DNA of 64,000 nucleotides from Mycobacterium sp. (GTDB taxonomy: Bacteria > Actinomycetota > Actinomycetes > Mycobacteriales > Mycobacteriaceae): positions 2,668 to 66,667 of the forward strand of contig JAGQTW010000214.1 of the NCBI GenBank assembly GCA_020438785.1, given 5' to 3'. Shown here one piece after another: positions 47,356-56,570 of the stretch. Every line of letters begins with the position of its first letter. Position 1 is the first letter of the stretch. The notes below the pieces were generated by a model that ran no database searches, was not told where the DNA came from, and saw only the letters and a list, made by a program, of their open reading frames with translations. Both the position numbers and the translations under genes were made by a program.

Positions 47356-48855
47356 GTGAGCAACGCCGACATGCTGATCAGCGACATTCTCACCGCTGGG
47401 CGTAGCCGGCACCCGGACAAGCCGGCCATCGTCGGCGACGCGCTAGTCCGCACTTACGACGAACTGGACGATCGGGTGGGGCGCCTGGCCGGGGCGCTCG
47501 CTGCGGCAGGTGTCGAGCCGCACGACCGGGTTGCGCTGCTCGCCGCCAACCATCCGGGCGTCATCGAAATCCATCTCGCGACAGCGATGATCGGCGCCGT
47601 CGTGGTGCCGTTGAATCCACGGGTAACGGCTGGAGACATCGCCTTTCAGGCCGACGACGCCGGTGTCGGCTTCGCATTCGCGCAACCGGAGCTGGAGTCA
47701 CTCGCCCGCGCCGGTGGCCTCTTCGACCGCGTGGCATGGCTTCTGGGCGGGCAGGCGGACGACCTGATCGCTTCCGCCGGCCGCTATCGGGGAGTCCGCC
47801 CCGCCGTTGGGGAGGTGACGGTCCAGCTCTACACATCGGGCACCACCGGGCGGCCGAAGGGCTGTCTGCTCACCCACCGGGCATGGCTGTCGAGCGTCAG
47901 CGGCATCGCGCACGCGATCGCGTTGTCCGACAACGACGTCGTATGGCCCCAGCTGCCACTCTTCCACGTCGCCGGATTGCATTTCCTGTTCGCCACCCTG
48001 GCCACCGGCGGCACGTACGTGTTGGACGGACCGCGTGACCCGGCCGGGTTCTGGGAGATCGTGCGCGCCAGGTCGGTGAGCATTGTGACGCTGTTTCCGA
48101 CCCCGCGGCCGCTGATCGAACACCCCGACGCGACCGGTTCTCTGGGCAGCGTGCGGCTGGCGTTCGCTCAGCACGTGGATGAGGCACTGGTGCAAGAGCT
48201 TCCACATGTGACGCCGGCAACCAGTTACGGTGCCACCGAGCTGGGAGGTATGGCGGTGCTGGCGCTGGGGGATGACTGTCTTCGCCCGGGAGCCGTGCTC
48301 GGGCGGCCACTGCTCGGCATGACGGCGGCTGTGCTGGACGACGCGGATGAGCCGGTGCCGACCGGGGCGGTCGGTGAGATCTGCATACGCGGCGCGGCGA
48401 CGGCGACCGGCTACTGGAACCTGCCCGAAGCATCGGCGGAATTGATGCGCAGCGGCTGGCTGCACACCGGGGACCTTGGTCGTCAGGACCCGGACGGGCT
48501 GCTGTTCTTCATCGACCGCAAGAAGGACATGGTGAAGTCGGGCGGCGAGAATGTCTACTCCACCGAGGTGGAATCGGTTCTCACCGAACACCCTTCGGTC
48601 TCTGAATGCGCGGTGATCGGAGTTCCTGACGACCGGTGGGGCGAGGCGGTCAAGGCCGTCGTCGTCGCCTCCGATGCCACCACCGCAGCGGAACTCGACA
48701 GCTGGTGCCTGGAACGGTTGGCCGCGTTCAAACGGCCCCGCTGGTACGAGTTCGTCGCCGCCCTCCCACGCAATGCGACGGCGAAGGTCATCAAGCCCGA
48801 ACTGCGCGCGGCACATGATGCCGCGACCGCGATCCGGCTATCGGAGCGCGACTGA
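47356..48855 (+). CDS. Acyl-CoA synthetase
   Basis: YTSGTTGRPKG, YGATE, WLHTGD, KSGGENVY, LPRNATAKV. Confidence 0.9.
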   Translation: MSNADMLISDILTAGRSRHPDKPAIVGDALVRTYDELDDRVGRLAGALAAAGVEPHDRVALLAANHPGVIEIHLATAMIGAVVVPLNPRVTAGDIAFQADDAGVGFAFAQPELESLARAGGLFDRVAWLLGGQADDLIASAGRYRGVRPAVGEVTVQLYTSGTTGRPKGCLLTHRAWLSSVSGIAHAIALSDNDVVWPQLPLFHVAGLHFLFATLATGGTYVLDGPRDPAGFWEIVRARSVSIVTLFPTPRPLIEHPDATGSLGSVRLAFAQHVDEALVQELPHVTPATSYGATELGGMAVLALGDDCLRPGAVLGRPLLGMTAAVLDDADEPVPTGAVGEICIRGAATATGYWNLPEASAELMRSGWLHTGDLGRQDPDGLLFFIDRKKDMVKSGGENVYSTEVESVLTEHPSVSECAVIGVPDDRWGEAVKAVVVASDATTAAELDSWCLERLAAFKRPRWYEFVAALPRNATAKVIKPELRAAHDAATAIRLSERD

Positions 48856-48902
48856 CCCTTGACGCACTCTGCAGCGGGAGCCCCGCCGACATTTGCTTAC
48901 TT

Positions 48903-48917
48903 TATAACCAGGTTATA
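48903..48917. promoter_or_regulatory. Palindromic operator TATAACCAGGTTATA
   Basis: Perfect 7-bp arms around a central A. Overlaps a TATACT -10-like hexamer (48914-48919) upstream of the WS/DGAT. Confidence 0.65.
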
Positions 48918-48956
48918 CTATTTGGTCGATCCGGCCGGGATCACAAGGAAATCGCC

Positions 48957-50420
48957 ATGAAGACCCTCGCCACCCTGGACACGCTTTTCGTCTCCTTGGA
49001 CACCGCCCGCTGGCCACTGCACGGGGGCGGCGTCTTCGTGCTCGACCCGTCGACAGCGCCGGCGGAACTCACCTTCGATGTCTTCACATCGCACGTGCGC
49101 CGTGAGCTTCCGGTGCTGACCCCCCTGCGCCGCAGGCTGGTGCGAACCCCCTTCGGCCTCGCCGAACCGGTCTGGGTGGAGGACCCGGACTTCAACCTCG
49201 ACCGGCACGTGCACCGTATTGCGGTACCGGCTCCGGGCGGTTCCACCGAGTTGCGCCACCTTGTGGCCAAACTGGGTGACACCCCCCTGGACGGATCCCG
49301 GCCATTGTGGGACATGTGGTTCATCGAGGGTCTGCAGCACGGCAGGGTTGCGGTGTTCTTCAAGATGCACCACGCCTACACCGACGGTATGGGTGGGCTG
49401 AAGATGTTGTCCCATCTGATGACCGACTCTCCCGAGTCACCACCGGAAGCGCCGCGGGATCGATGGAAGCCCGATCGGGTGCCGACGGGGGCCGAGATGC
49501 TGGTGCGCGCGGTGCCGAAGATCATCACCCAACCACTGCGGGCCACCCGGGCCATCACCGGACTCGCGCGAGCCGTCATTCCGGGCCGCCTCGCGGCGCT
49601 GTTGCGGCCGACCGTGGAGGACGGGCCGAGTGAACGGGCCACCGGCGCGCCGTTCGACTGTCCGAGGGTCTCGATCAGCGAGGTGTCCCCCGGCCAGATC
49701 CGGCGTTCGATGGGCTGGATCCAGGCGCCGATGAGCGACATCCAGCAGGTGCGGGAGGCATTCGACGTCACGTTCAACGACGTATGCCTGGCGATGGTCG
49801 CCGGTAGCCTGCGCTCGTATCTCTCCGAGCGCGGGGAGCTGCCAACCGGTCCACTCACCGCGGTCAATCCGGTCAACATGCGCGACGAGTCCGACTCCAC
49901 CGAGGTGGAGAACAAGTTCTCACTGCTGGTTCCGCTATTGCCCACGCAGATCGCCGATCCCGTGGAGCGGCTGCGGACGATCACGTCTGGAATGGGCCGG
50001 GCGAAGACCAGCCTGAAGCGATCCGGCACCAATCCGGTGGAGAACATCTTCGACATCGTCACACCGGGAGCCGTCGAACTGGCGGTCGGAGTGCTGAGCA
50101 GTAACATGGCTCCGGACATACCCCCGGTGTTCAATATGTGCCTGACGAACATCGCCAGCACGAGGCAGCCCCAATTCATCTGCGGCGCACGGGTCGAGGA
50201 GTTCTACATCATGATGATGCAGGCGCTCGGCATCGGCCCGGTGTGTGCAGTGGTCACCTACGCCGGAATAGCGAACTTCTCCTTCACCACCAACGGTGAT
50301 CTCGTCCCCGATGCGCAGGAACTCGCCGACGGATTGCAGAACGAACTGCGGATCCTGCTGAGGGCAGCCACCGACCTTCCGGCCGGCGGCTCATCGACCG
50401 GCAAGAAGTGCGTCGACTGA
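48957..50420 (+). CDS. WS/DGAT acyltransferase, second copy
   Basis: HHAYTDG, SRPLWD, TFNDVCL. N-terminus parallels 28119..29549 (LDTLF...PLHGGG..DPST). Confidence 0.9.
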   Translation: MKTLATLDTLFVSLDTARWPLHGGGVFVLDPSTAPAELTFDVFTSHVRRELPVLTPLRRRLVRTPFGLAEPVWVEDPDFNLDRHVHRIAVPAPGGSTELRHLVAKLGDTPLDGSRPLWDMWFIEGLQHGRVAVFFKMHHAYTDGMGGLKMLSHLMTDSPESPPEAPRDRWKPDRVPTGAEMLVRAVPKIITQPLRATRAITGLARAVIPGRLAALLRPTVEDGPSERATGAPFDCPRVSISEVSPGQIRRSMGWIQAPMSDIQQVREAFDVTFNDVCLAMVAGSLRSYLSERGELPTGPLTAVNPVNMRDESDSTEVENKFSLLVPLLPTQIADPVERLRTITSGMGRAKTSLKRSGTNPVENIFDIVTPGAVELAVGVLSSNMAPDIPPVFNMCLTNIASTRQPQFICGARVEEFYIMMMQALGIGPVCAVVTYAGIANFSFTTNGDLVPDAQELADGLQNELRILLRAATDLPAGGSSTGKKCVD

Positions 50421-51410
50421 TCCGACGCCCTCGTCGCGGAAGCGTTCCATGAACGACTCGCCCCACGAGAAGGCGACCCTGACATCCCGGGTCTCCCTGT
50501 GGCGCAGAATCTTTCCGGCCTGTGCCCGGTAGCCACCCCAACGCGCCGCGGAGAACTGCGACATCTGACCGCCGGGCTCCAGTTCGAACACCCAGGTGCG
50601 GCCGTCATTTGCCTGGAAGCCGATGCGCTGCGCCCAGTCCTCGGGATCAGGGTCCACACCGCCGGTGGTGCCGACGTCCATGGCCACCGGACCGTCGGCG
50701 TCGGCCACCGCGACGAAGTTGAACATCTGCCGTCCGATGGCAACCTGACCCCACTCCACGCTCCCGTCGGCGAACTCGGTCGCGAACGCCGACCACGACA
50801 ACTGGGTGCCGTTGAAGATCTTCCATTCCTTCCAGTCCCGGCCGTGCGGCCAGTAGCCGTGGTCCAGGAAGACGAAGCCCTCGACGGAATCTCCCAGCAC
50901 GGTGCCGCGCATCCTGTAGAGCTCGCTGGTGTAGAAGAACGGCTCGTCCCCGTCGAGCGACGCGATCTGGATGCCCGGGCCCACCAACCTACCGTCGAGT
51001 TGCAGGATGCTGCCCTCCCGCCATGACATCGCACCGGGGGTCAGCCGATAGTCCAGCCCCTCCTCCGGTGCGCCGCCCGCCTTGCCCAGCAGTGAGCCGT
51101 GCAGATGATGCTCACTTTCGGAATACTCGCGTTTGACTTCACCGCGGACCGTCTGTAATGACTCAGGGGCCAAGGCGACCTTGCCGGACCGGTTGGTCAT
51201 CATCCACAAGCCGGCGGTCATGGGACCGCAGAACTTGCGTTCCACGATGTGTAGGGCGCCCGACTCGTCCCGCCAGCCACCGTAGAGGTACATCGACTGC
51301 TCGGTCAGACCGAGTGGCTTGGACGTCGGCCGGTGCATCGCCAAATCCGGCTGATAGCAACCAACCGACGTCGCAAAGTTCAGGTCACCGATCTTCGGCG
51401 CTGATCCCAT
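50391..51410 (-). CDS. Uncharacterised AttH/CrtC-like beta-barrel protein (family X, copy 4)
   Basis: 339 aa from ATG 51410. FYTSELYRMRGTVLGDSVEGFVFLDHGYW and QLSWSAFATEFADG. Confidence 0.7.
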   Translation of the reverse strand: MGSAPKIGDLNFATSVGCYQPDLAMHRPTSKPLGLTEQSMYLYGGWRDESGALHIVERKFCGPMTAGLWMMTNRSGKVALAPESLQTVRGEVKREYSESEHHLHGSLLGKAGGAPEEGLDYRLTPGAMSWREGSILQLDGRLVGPGIQIASLDGDEPFFYTSELYRMRGTVLGDSVEGFVFLDHGYWPHGRDWKEWKIFNGTQLSWSAFATEFADGSVEWGQVAIGRQMFNFVAVADADGPVAMDVGTTGGVDPDPEDWAQRIGFQANDGRTWVFELEPGGQMSQFSAARWGGYRAQAGKILRHRETRDVRVAFSWGESFMERFRDEGVGSVDALLAGR

Positions 51411-51426
51411 ATCGCTGTCCCCTAAT

Positions 51427-52875
51427 TCATTGTTGCCAGGCAACGTATTTCACCGTCGTGTACTCGCAAACACCCTCGTGACCGACCTCCCGTCCGATGC
51501 CGGACTGCTTGTAGCCGCCGAACGGCGCCTCGCTACCCGACGCGGTGGCATTCACCCGGACCTGCCCCGCACGAATATGCGCGGCGAGCCGCAAGCCGAG
51601 CTCGGTGTCGGCCGTCCACACCGCGGCCAGCAGCCCGTACGGCGAATCGTTGACGATTCGCACGCCCTCGTCCGGGTCACCGCTGTAGCGGATCACGCAC
51701 ACGACCGGCCCGAAGATCTCCTCACGCGCCACCGGCATGTCATTGGTGACCTCGGTGAGAATCGTCGGTTCGAAATAGAATCCGCCGGCCGGCACGTTCG
51801 CCGGGTACCCCCCGCCGCAGGCGATTCGGGCGCCAGCTGCCACCGCACCGCGCACGGCCGCTCCGATACGGTCGAGTGCAGCCGCGGAGATGACCGGTCC
51901 CATCGTGGCGGACGGGTCGTCGGCGGGCCCCACCTGAACCCGTTGCGCGGCGCCGACTAGACCGGCGACGACCTTGTCGTGCAAGGCATCCGGGACCACA
52001 ACCCGGGTCAGCAGCCCACATCCCTGACCGGCCATCGTCACGAAGCGCATCACGGCGGTGACCAGGGAAGGCACATCGGCATCGGGCAGTGCCAACAGCG
52101 CCGACTTGCCGCCGAGTTCGAGCAGGACGTGCTTGAACGTCGTCGCCGCCGACTGGGCGATGACACGGCCCACAGCCGAAGACCCGGTGAACGTCACCAT
52201 GTCGACCCTCGGGTCGGAAACCATGACATGGCCGACGTCGGCGCCCCCGGTGATCACGTTGAGCACCCCCGGCGGGACGCCGGCCTCGACCGCGAGCTCG
52301 CCGAGCAGCAGCGCACTGCTGGGCGCCTCGGGTGCGGGCTTGAGGACCATGGTGTTGCCGACGACCAAGGCTGGTGCCAGCTTCCACAGGTTCAGGAAGT
52401 GCGGCGCGTTCCATGGGGTGATCGCGGCGACGACCCCCCACGGCTCGCGGACGACGCGCTGGGCGGTGGGCGGCGGCCCGGGCAAGTCTGGCAGCGGGTA
52501 TCCCAGCTCCGCGCTTCCCTTGGCCACCATGTCGCGGTAGTGCTCCATCGGTCGCCGAACCTGGCCGGGTTCGGCGACAAGTCGGCACGTTCCAACCTCG
52601 GTCTCGACGAAGTGGGTGAAGTCTGCCGTGTGCGCGTCGACGAGATCGGCCAGGCGCAGCAAGATCTCGGCTCGGTGGCGGGGGGCCAGCCCTGACCACT
52701 GTCCGTCGTCGAAGGCCCGGCGGGCGGCGGTGATCGCCGCGTCGACCTCGGTGAGCCCACCCAGCGGAACGCTACGGACTAACGCTCCGGTCGACGGGTT
52801 GATGACATCGAGGGTGGAGCCGGTCTCGTCGATGAACCTGCCGTCGACGAGCAGATGGGCTCCGGCGTCTCTCAT
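51427..52875 (-). CDS. Aldehyde dehydrogenase, second copy
   Basis: ITPWNAP, FTGS, LELGGKS, AGQGC, EEIFGPV, PFGGYKQSG. Confidence 0.95.
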   Translation of the reverse strand: MRDAGAHLLVDGRFIDETGSTLDVINPSTGALVRSVPLGGLTEVDAAITAARRAFDDGQWSGLAPRHRAEILLRLADLVDAHTADFTHFVETEVGTCRLVAEPGQVRRPMEHYRDMVAKGSAELGYPLPDLPGPPPTAQRVVREPWGVVAAITPWNAPHFLNLWKLAPALVVGNTMVLKPAPEAPSSALLLGELAVEAGVPPGVLNVITGGADVGHVMVSDPRVDMVTFTGSSAVGRVIAQSAATTFKHVLLELGGKSALLALPDADVPSLVTAVMRFVTMAGQGCGLLTRVVVPDALHDKVVAGLVGAAQRVQVGPADDPSATMGPVISAAALDRIGAAVRGAVAAGARIACGGGYPANVPAGGFYFEPTILTEVTNDMPVAREEIFGPVVCVIRYSGDPDEGVRIVNDSPYGLLAAVWTADTELGLRLAAHIRAGQVRVNATASGSEAPFGGYKQSGIGREVGHEGVCEYTTVKYVAWQQ

Positions 52876-54041
52876 CGTCTGGGGGCGCGTGAGAACTCGA
52901 CGGACATGGATTTCACACCGCGCATCATCATCGGCCCGTGCGGTTCGTAGACGTAGTCGTCTGCGAGGCGGAGATCCTCCAGTCGGTCCAGGACGACGTC
53001 CAGCACCACGGTGGCTTCCAGGCGTGCCAGCGACGACCCGATGCAGAAGTGCTCACCGAACCCGAAGGTGTAGTGGGAGCGGTTCTTTGCTGCGGGCCGA
53101 TCCATGTCCCACTCGTTGGGGCGGTCCACTAGGGCGGGGTCCCGGTTGGCCTGTGCGACGGCGTTGCACACCAGCGTGCCCTTCGGGATCGTATGTCCTG
53201 CGATGTCGACGTCGCGCGCCGTCCGCCGGGGAACCCAGTACAGCGGCGGGTCCATCCGCAGCGTCTCCTCAATCACGTTCGGGATCAGCGAGCGATCGGC
53301 CGCCAGACGGTCCCAGCGGTCGGGTTCGGAGAGCAGATAGTGAAACATCGACCCGATCAGGTTTGCGGTGGTGTCAGTGCCGGCGAGGATCAGCTGACGG
53401 ATCAACGACACCAGTTCGGCTGTGCTGAGCCGGTCTTCGCCGTCGTGCACCTCGATCAGTTCACTGAGCAGGTCCTCTCCCGGACTCTCGCGGCGTTCGT
53501 CGATGATGCCGAGCACGTACTCACGCAGCGACGGGTCGGAGTTTCCGTACGTTTCCGACTCCGGAATCGAGGCGGCTATCGCGGCGTCCGCCCACTTGAC
53601 GAACTGGCTGCGATCCCCCGCCGGGATTCCGGCGAGCTCGGCGATCACCATGGCGGGCAGGATGAACGCGAACTCCTTGCACAGATCGGCAGTACCGCGT
53701 TCGACGAAACCGTCGATCAACTCGTGCGCGATGGCGTAGGTCGGCTCCTCCAGGTTCTTGATCGCACGGGGGGTGAATGCCTTGACCACCAACTTGCGCA
53801 TCCGGCTGTGCTGTTCGCCGTCGATGTGCACGAGACTCGGCGTCACGCCATCCTCGAGCGGGCGCAGTTTGTTGCGGAAGTCCTCGGCATCCTTGAACAC
53901 CGCTGCGACGTTCTCCGCTCCGGTGACGACGACGGCGCCACCCTTGGCGTGGAAGACCGGGCACTTCTCGGCTTCGCGCTGCAGTGGTGTGTAGGGGTCG
54001 ACGACCGTGGTGAACGGGTCGAACTGTGCGTCCTCTGGCAT
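52872..54041 (-). CDS. Cytochrome P450, second copy
   Basis: LILAGTDTT, EETLR, FGFGEHFCIG. Start MPEDAQF (ATG 54041). Confidence 0.93.
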   Translation of the reverse strand: MPEDAQFDPFTTVVDPYTPLQREAEKCPVFHAKGGAVVVTGAENVAAVFKDAEDFRNKLRPLEDGVTPSLVHIDGEQHSRMRKLVVKAFTPRAIKNLEEPTYAIAHELIDGFVERGTADLCKEFAFILPAMVIAELAGIPAGDRSQFVKWADAAIAASIPESETYGNSDPSLREYVLGIIDERRESPGEDLLSELIEVHDGEDRLSTAELVSLIRQLILAGTDTTANLIGSMFHYLLSEPDRWDRLAADRSLIPNVIEETLRMDPPLYWVPRRTARDVDIAGHTIPKGTLVCNAVAQANRDPALVDRPNEWDMDRPAAKNRSHYTFGFGEHFCIGSSLARLEATVVLDVVLDRLEDLRLADDYVYEPHGPMMMRGVKSMSVEFSRAPRR

Positions 54042-54052
54042 CCTTCTTGCTC

Positions 54053-54982
54053 TCACTTGCTCTCGTCGACAACGGATATGGGGGCGCCCACCCGCTCGCG
54101 CAGATCGGCTTGGGTCGCCGGGCTGAGCCCGCGCCGGGTGATCAGGTCGACCGCACGGTCGACCAGCTCGGCGTTGGTCGCGGTCGGGAACGCCCACGGG
54201 CAGTCCCCGATGCCGACCCGAATTCCCAACCCCCGGTCCAGGGCACGCTCCCAGAGAGCTTCGCAACGCTCGATCGAGTTCATCGCGTAGGGCACAACCA
54301 CGGTTTCGTGGTCGACGTCGGCCGGGATACGGGACAACAGGAAGTCGATGACATCCGGGTCGGGGTCGTTGTTGGACACCCACCGATCGGAGAAGAACAG
54401 CTTGATGTTCAGTGGCTGGCGCAGGATGCCGATCCGGGCCGCCAATGCCACCCACCGCATGTCGGCCGCGTTGAACACAGCGATGTTGGGGACCAAGCCG
54501 AGGTCGGCGAACCGGTCCAGTTCGGGCGGATAGGGCGGCCGGGAGTTGTTGGGGTCGTCGGGACCGAAACTGATGACGCCGAAGCGGTTCTCATCCTCCA
54601 GCCAGAGCACCCGCTTGACGTGTTGGACCGGGTCGAACGGTGTGAGCAGTAGGCGGGTGCCTGCCGGCGGCCGCTCGGCCAACGCCCAGATGTGCTCAAG
54701 GCTGCCGTGGTAGCTCGGGTAGGCCAGCGGATCGACCTCTTCTGCCGCGGCGCCCAGCACCGTGCGTGACACCTCGTCGTCGGCCCAGGCCTGGATTCCG
54801 TCGTCGTAGCGAGCATGGAAGTGCACGACGGTGGCACCGTGCCGGATGCACTCGACGACGTCGCGGGCCACTTCCTGGGCGCCGTAGGGCACGTTCGGGT
54901 TGTCCTCTTTGGACACGACCTCGTTGACACCCACCTCGAGGTAGACCTTCCCCTGGTCCCGAAAGCTCACCGCGCCAGTCAT
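54053..54982 (-). CDS. Beta-keto acid cleavage enzyme (BKACE/DUF849/Kce family), atypical
   Basis: NPNVPY..EVARD..EC..GA.VVHFHAR and IRVGIGD. Confidence 0.78.
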   Translation of the reverse strand: MTGAVSFRDQGKVYLEVGVNEVVSKEDNPNVPYGAQEVARDVVECIRHGATVVHFHARYDDGIQAWADDEVSRTVLGAAAEEVDPLAYPSYHGSLEHIWALAERPPAGTRLLLTPFDPVQHVKRVLWLEDENRFGVISFGPDDPNNSRPPYPPELDRFADLGLVPNIAVFNAADMRWVALAARIGILRQPLNIKLFFSDRWVSNNDPDPDVIDFLLSRIPADVDHETVVVPYAMNSIERCEALWERALDRGLGIRVGIGDCPWAFPTATNAELVDRAVDLITRRGLSPATQADLRERVGAPISVVDESK

Positions 54983-56160
54983 CGGCGTACCAGGATCGCC
55001 GCACCGGCGGTGGGCCCACCGCCCACGCCGACCGCGACCGTCTCGGGGCGGCCGGCCTGCCGATCACCGCCACGGTCGCGCAATTGCACACAGGCTTCGT
55101 AGAGCAACCCACAGCCGTGTAGGCGTCCACCGGAGAGCTGCCCACCTCCGGTGTTCAGCGGCAGCGGACCGTCCAGGGCGATGCGCTTGCCCGCTTCCAG
55201 GAACGGCCCGGCCTCACCCTTGCCGCAGAACCCCAGCGCCTCCAGCCACATCAGCGGAAGAAACGAGAACCCGTCGTAGAGTTGCACCTGGTCGATGTCC
55301 GCCGGGGTCAGATCGCTGCGCTCCCAGAGGTGAGCCGCGACGTCCCAGGCCGCCATCTCCGTCATGTCCGGCCACTGGTCCCACAATGGGCGGTGCCACA
55401 TCGCCCAGCCGATCGATTCGATGCCGATGGCCGGATGGGGTCCGTCATCGGCGGCTTCGATGTGGGAGACCAAGAAGGCAACCGACCCGTCGCACGGCAC
55501 GTCGCAGTCGTACATGCCGAACGGTGTGCTGATGATCCGCGCACCGAAGTAGTCAGCGAGCGTCATCGGCTGCCGGTATACCGCATCCGGATTGCGGGCG
55601 GCATTGGCCCGGTTGTTGACCGCGATGGTGCCGAGATGTTCCCGGGTGGTACCGAATTCGTGCATGTGGCGCTGAGCGTGTAGCGCGATCCAGTTCACCG
55701 GCGAGTGCGCATCGAAGGGCGCGAGCCACCGCCGGAAGCCGGAGACCGCGACATCCCCCGATCCGGCCAGCGCTGCCGCCCGCCCGGCCGCTCCTTGCGC
55801 GGACGCCTCGCCGACGGTTCGGTAGACCAGCACATTGCGGGCCAGCCCGGTGGCCACGGCCAGGATGGCCGAGAAGAACGCGCCCAGCTGACCGCCCTCA
55901 GGACCGCCGTACTTCCAGTTGGTCCGCAGTCCCAGGGCGGCGTGTACCTCGTCGGCGCCGGGTCCGGCAAGGCCTGGCGTGTCGAAGCCGCCGCCGGGGA
56001 AGGTTGCCAGCCCGTCGATCTCGTCGCGGGTCAGGCCGGCGTCGGCCAGCGCGGCCAGGCAGGCATCGACGGTCAGGGCCATCTCGCTGGACGGCAGTCG
56101 CCGACCGACGGCCGAGGCACCGAAGCCCCGGATGACGGCCTGCTGCTCGGGTCGGGTCAT
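54979..56160 (-). CDS. Thiolase-fold (SCP2/Ltp2-like) protein, copy 2
   Basis: YDCDVPCDG, QLYDGFS, PLNTGGGQLSGGRLHG. Confidence 0.85.
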   Translation of the reverse strand: MTRPEQQAVIRGFGASAVGRRLPSSEMALTVDACLAALADAGLTRDEIDGLATFPGGGFDTPGLAGPGADEVHAALGLRTNWKYGGPEGGQLGAFFSAILAVATGLARNVLVYRTVGEASAQGAAGRAAALAGSGDVAVSGFRRWLAPFDAHSPVNWIALHAQRHMHEFGTTREHLGTIAVNNRANAARNPDAVYRQPMTLADYFGARIISTPFGMYDCDVPCDGSVAFLVSHIEAADDGPHPAIGIESIGWAMWHRPLWDQWPDMTEMAAWDVAAHLWERSDLTPADIDQVQLYDGFSFLPLMWLEALGFCGKGEAGPFLEAGKRIALDGPLPLNTGGGQLSGGRLHGCGLLYEACVQLRDRGGDRQAGRPETVAVGVGGGPTAGAAILVRR

Positions 56161-56570
56161 GGCGTCTCACCGGCTGTCGTGAAGAACGGCGCATACAGGT
56201 CGTCACTAAGCGCCTCGAAGACGACCCGAACTCGCATCCCGATGGTGACCGCTTCCACGGGGGTGTCGACGAGTCGGCTGACGAACCGCAGGCCGGGCTG
56301 CTCGTCGAGTTCGACGACGATCACGGCGTACGGCTCCTGTAGATGCGGCAACCACGGCTGGTGGTTGACGGTGTAGGAGTACACCTTTCCCACACCGCTG
56401 ACCCTCTCGAAGTTCAGTTCCCGCGAAAGGCAGCGGTAGCAGACTGGATTGGGCGGATGCTGCCAGCTTCGACACTCGGCGCACCGCTGCATCTCGAGGT
56501 GCCCGTCGGCCCCGGACCGCCAGAACGGCAGCTCGTCCGGGGTGGGCACCGGTCGCTGTCGGAAGGTCAC
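56157..56570 (-). CDS. DUF35 Zn-ribbon/OB-fold protein, copy 2
   Basis: PFW...RCAEC...HPPNPVCYRC...VYSYTV...IGMRVRVVF. GTG 56570 overlaps the family-X stop. Confidence 0.9.
   Translation of the reverse strand: MTFRQRPVPTPDELPFWRSGADGHLEMQRCAECRSWQHPPNPVCYRCLSRELNFERVSGVGKVYSYTVNHQPWLPHLQEPYAVIVVELDEQPGLRFVSRLVDTPVEAVTIGMRVRVVFEALSDDLYAPFFTTAGETP

Noticed and set aside
50391-50420. Convergent 3' overlaps (50391-50420 and 3659-3670)
   Set aside because: Short tail-to-tail overlaps are common in compact GC-rich genomes, and nothing here suggests a function.
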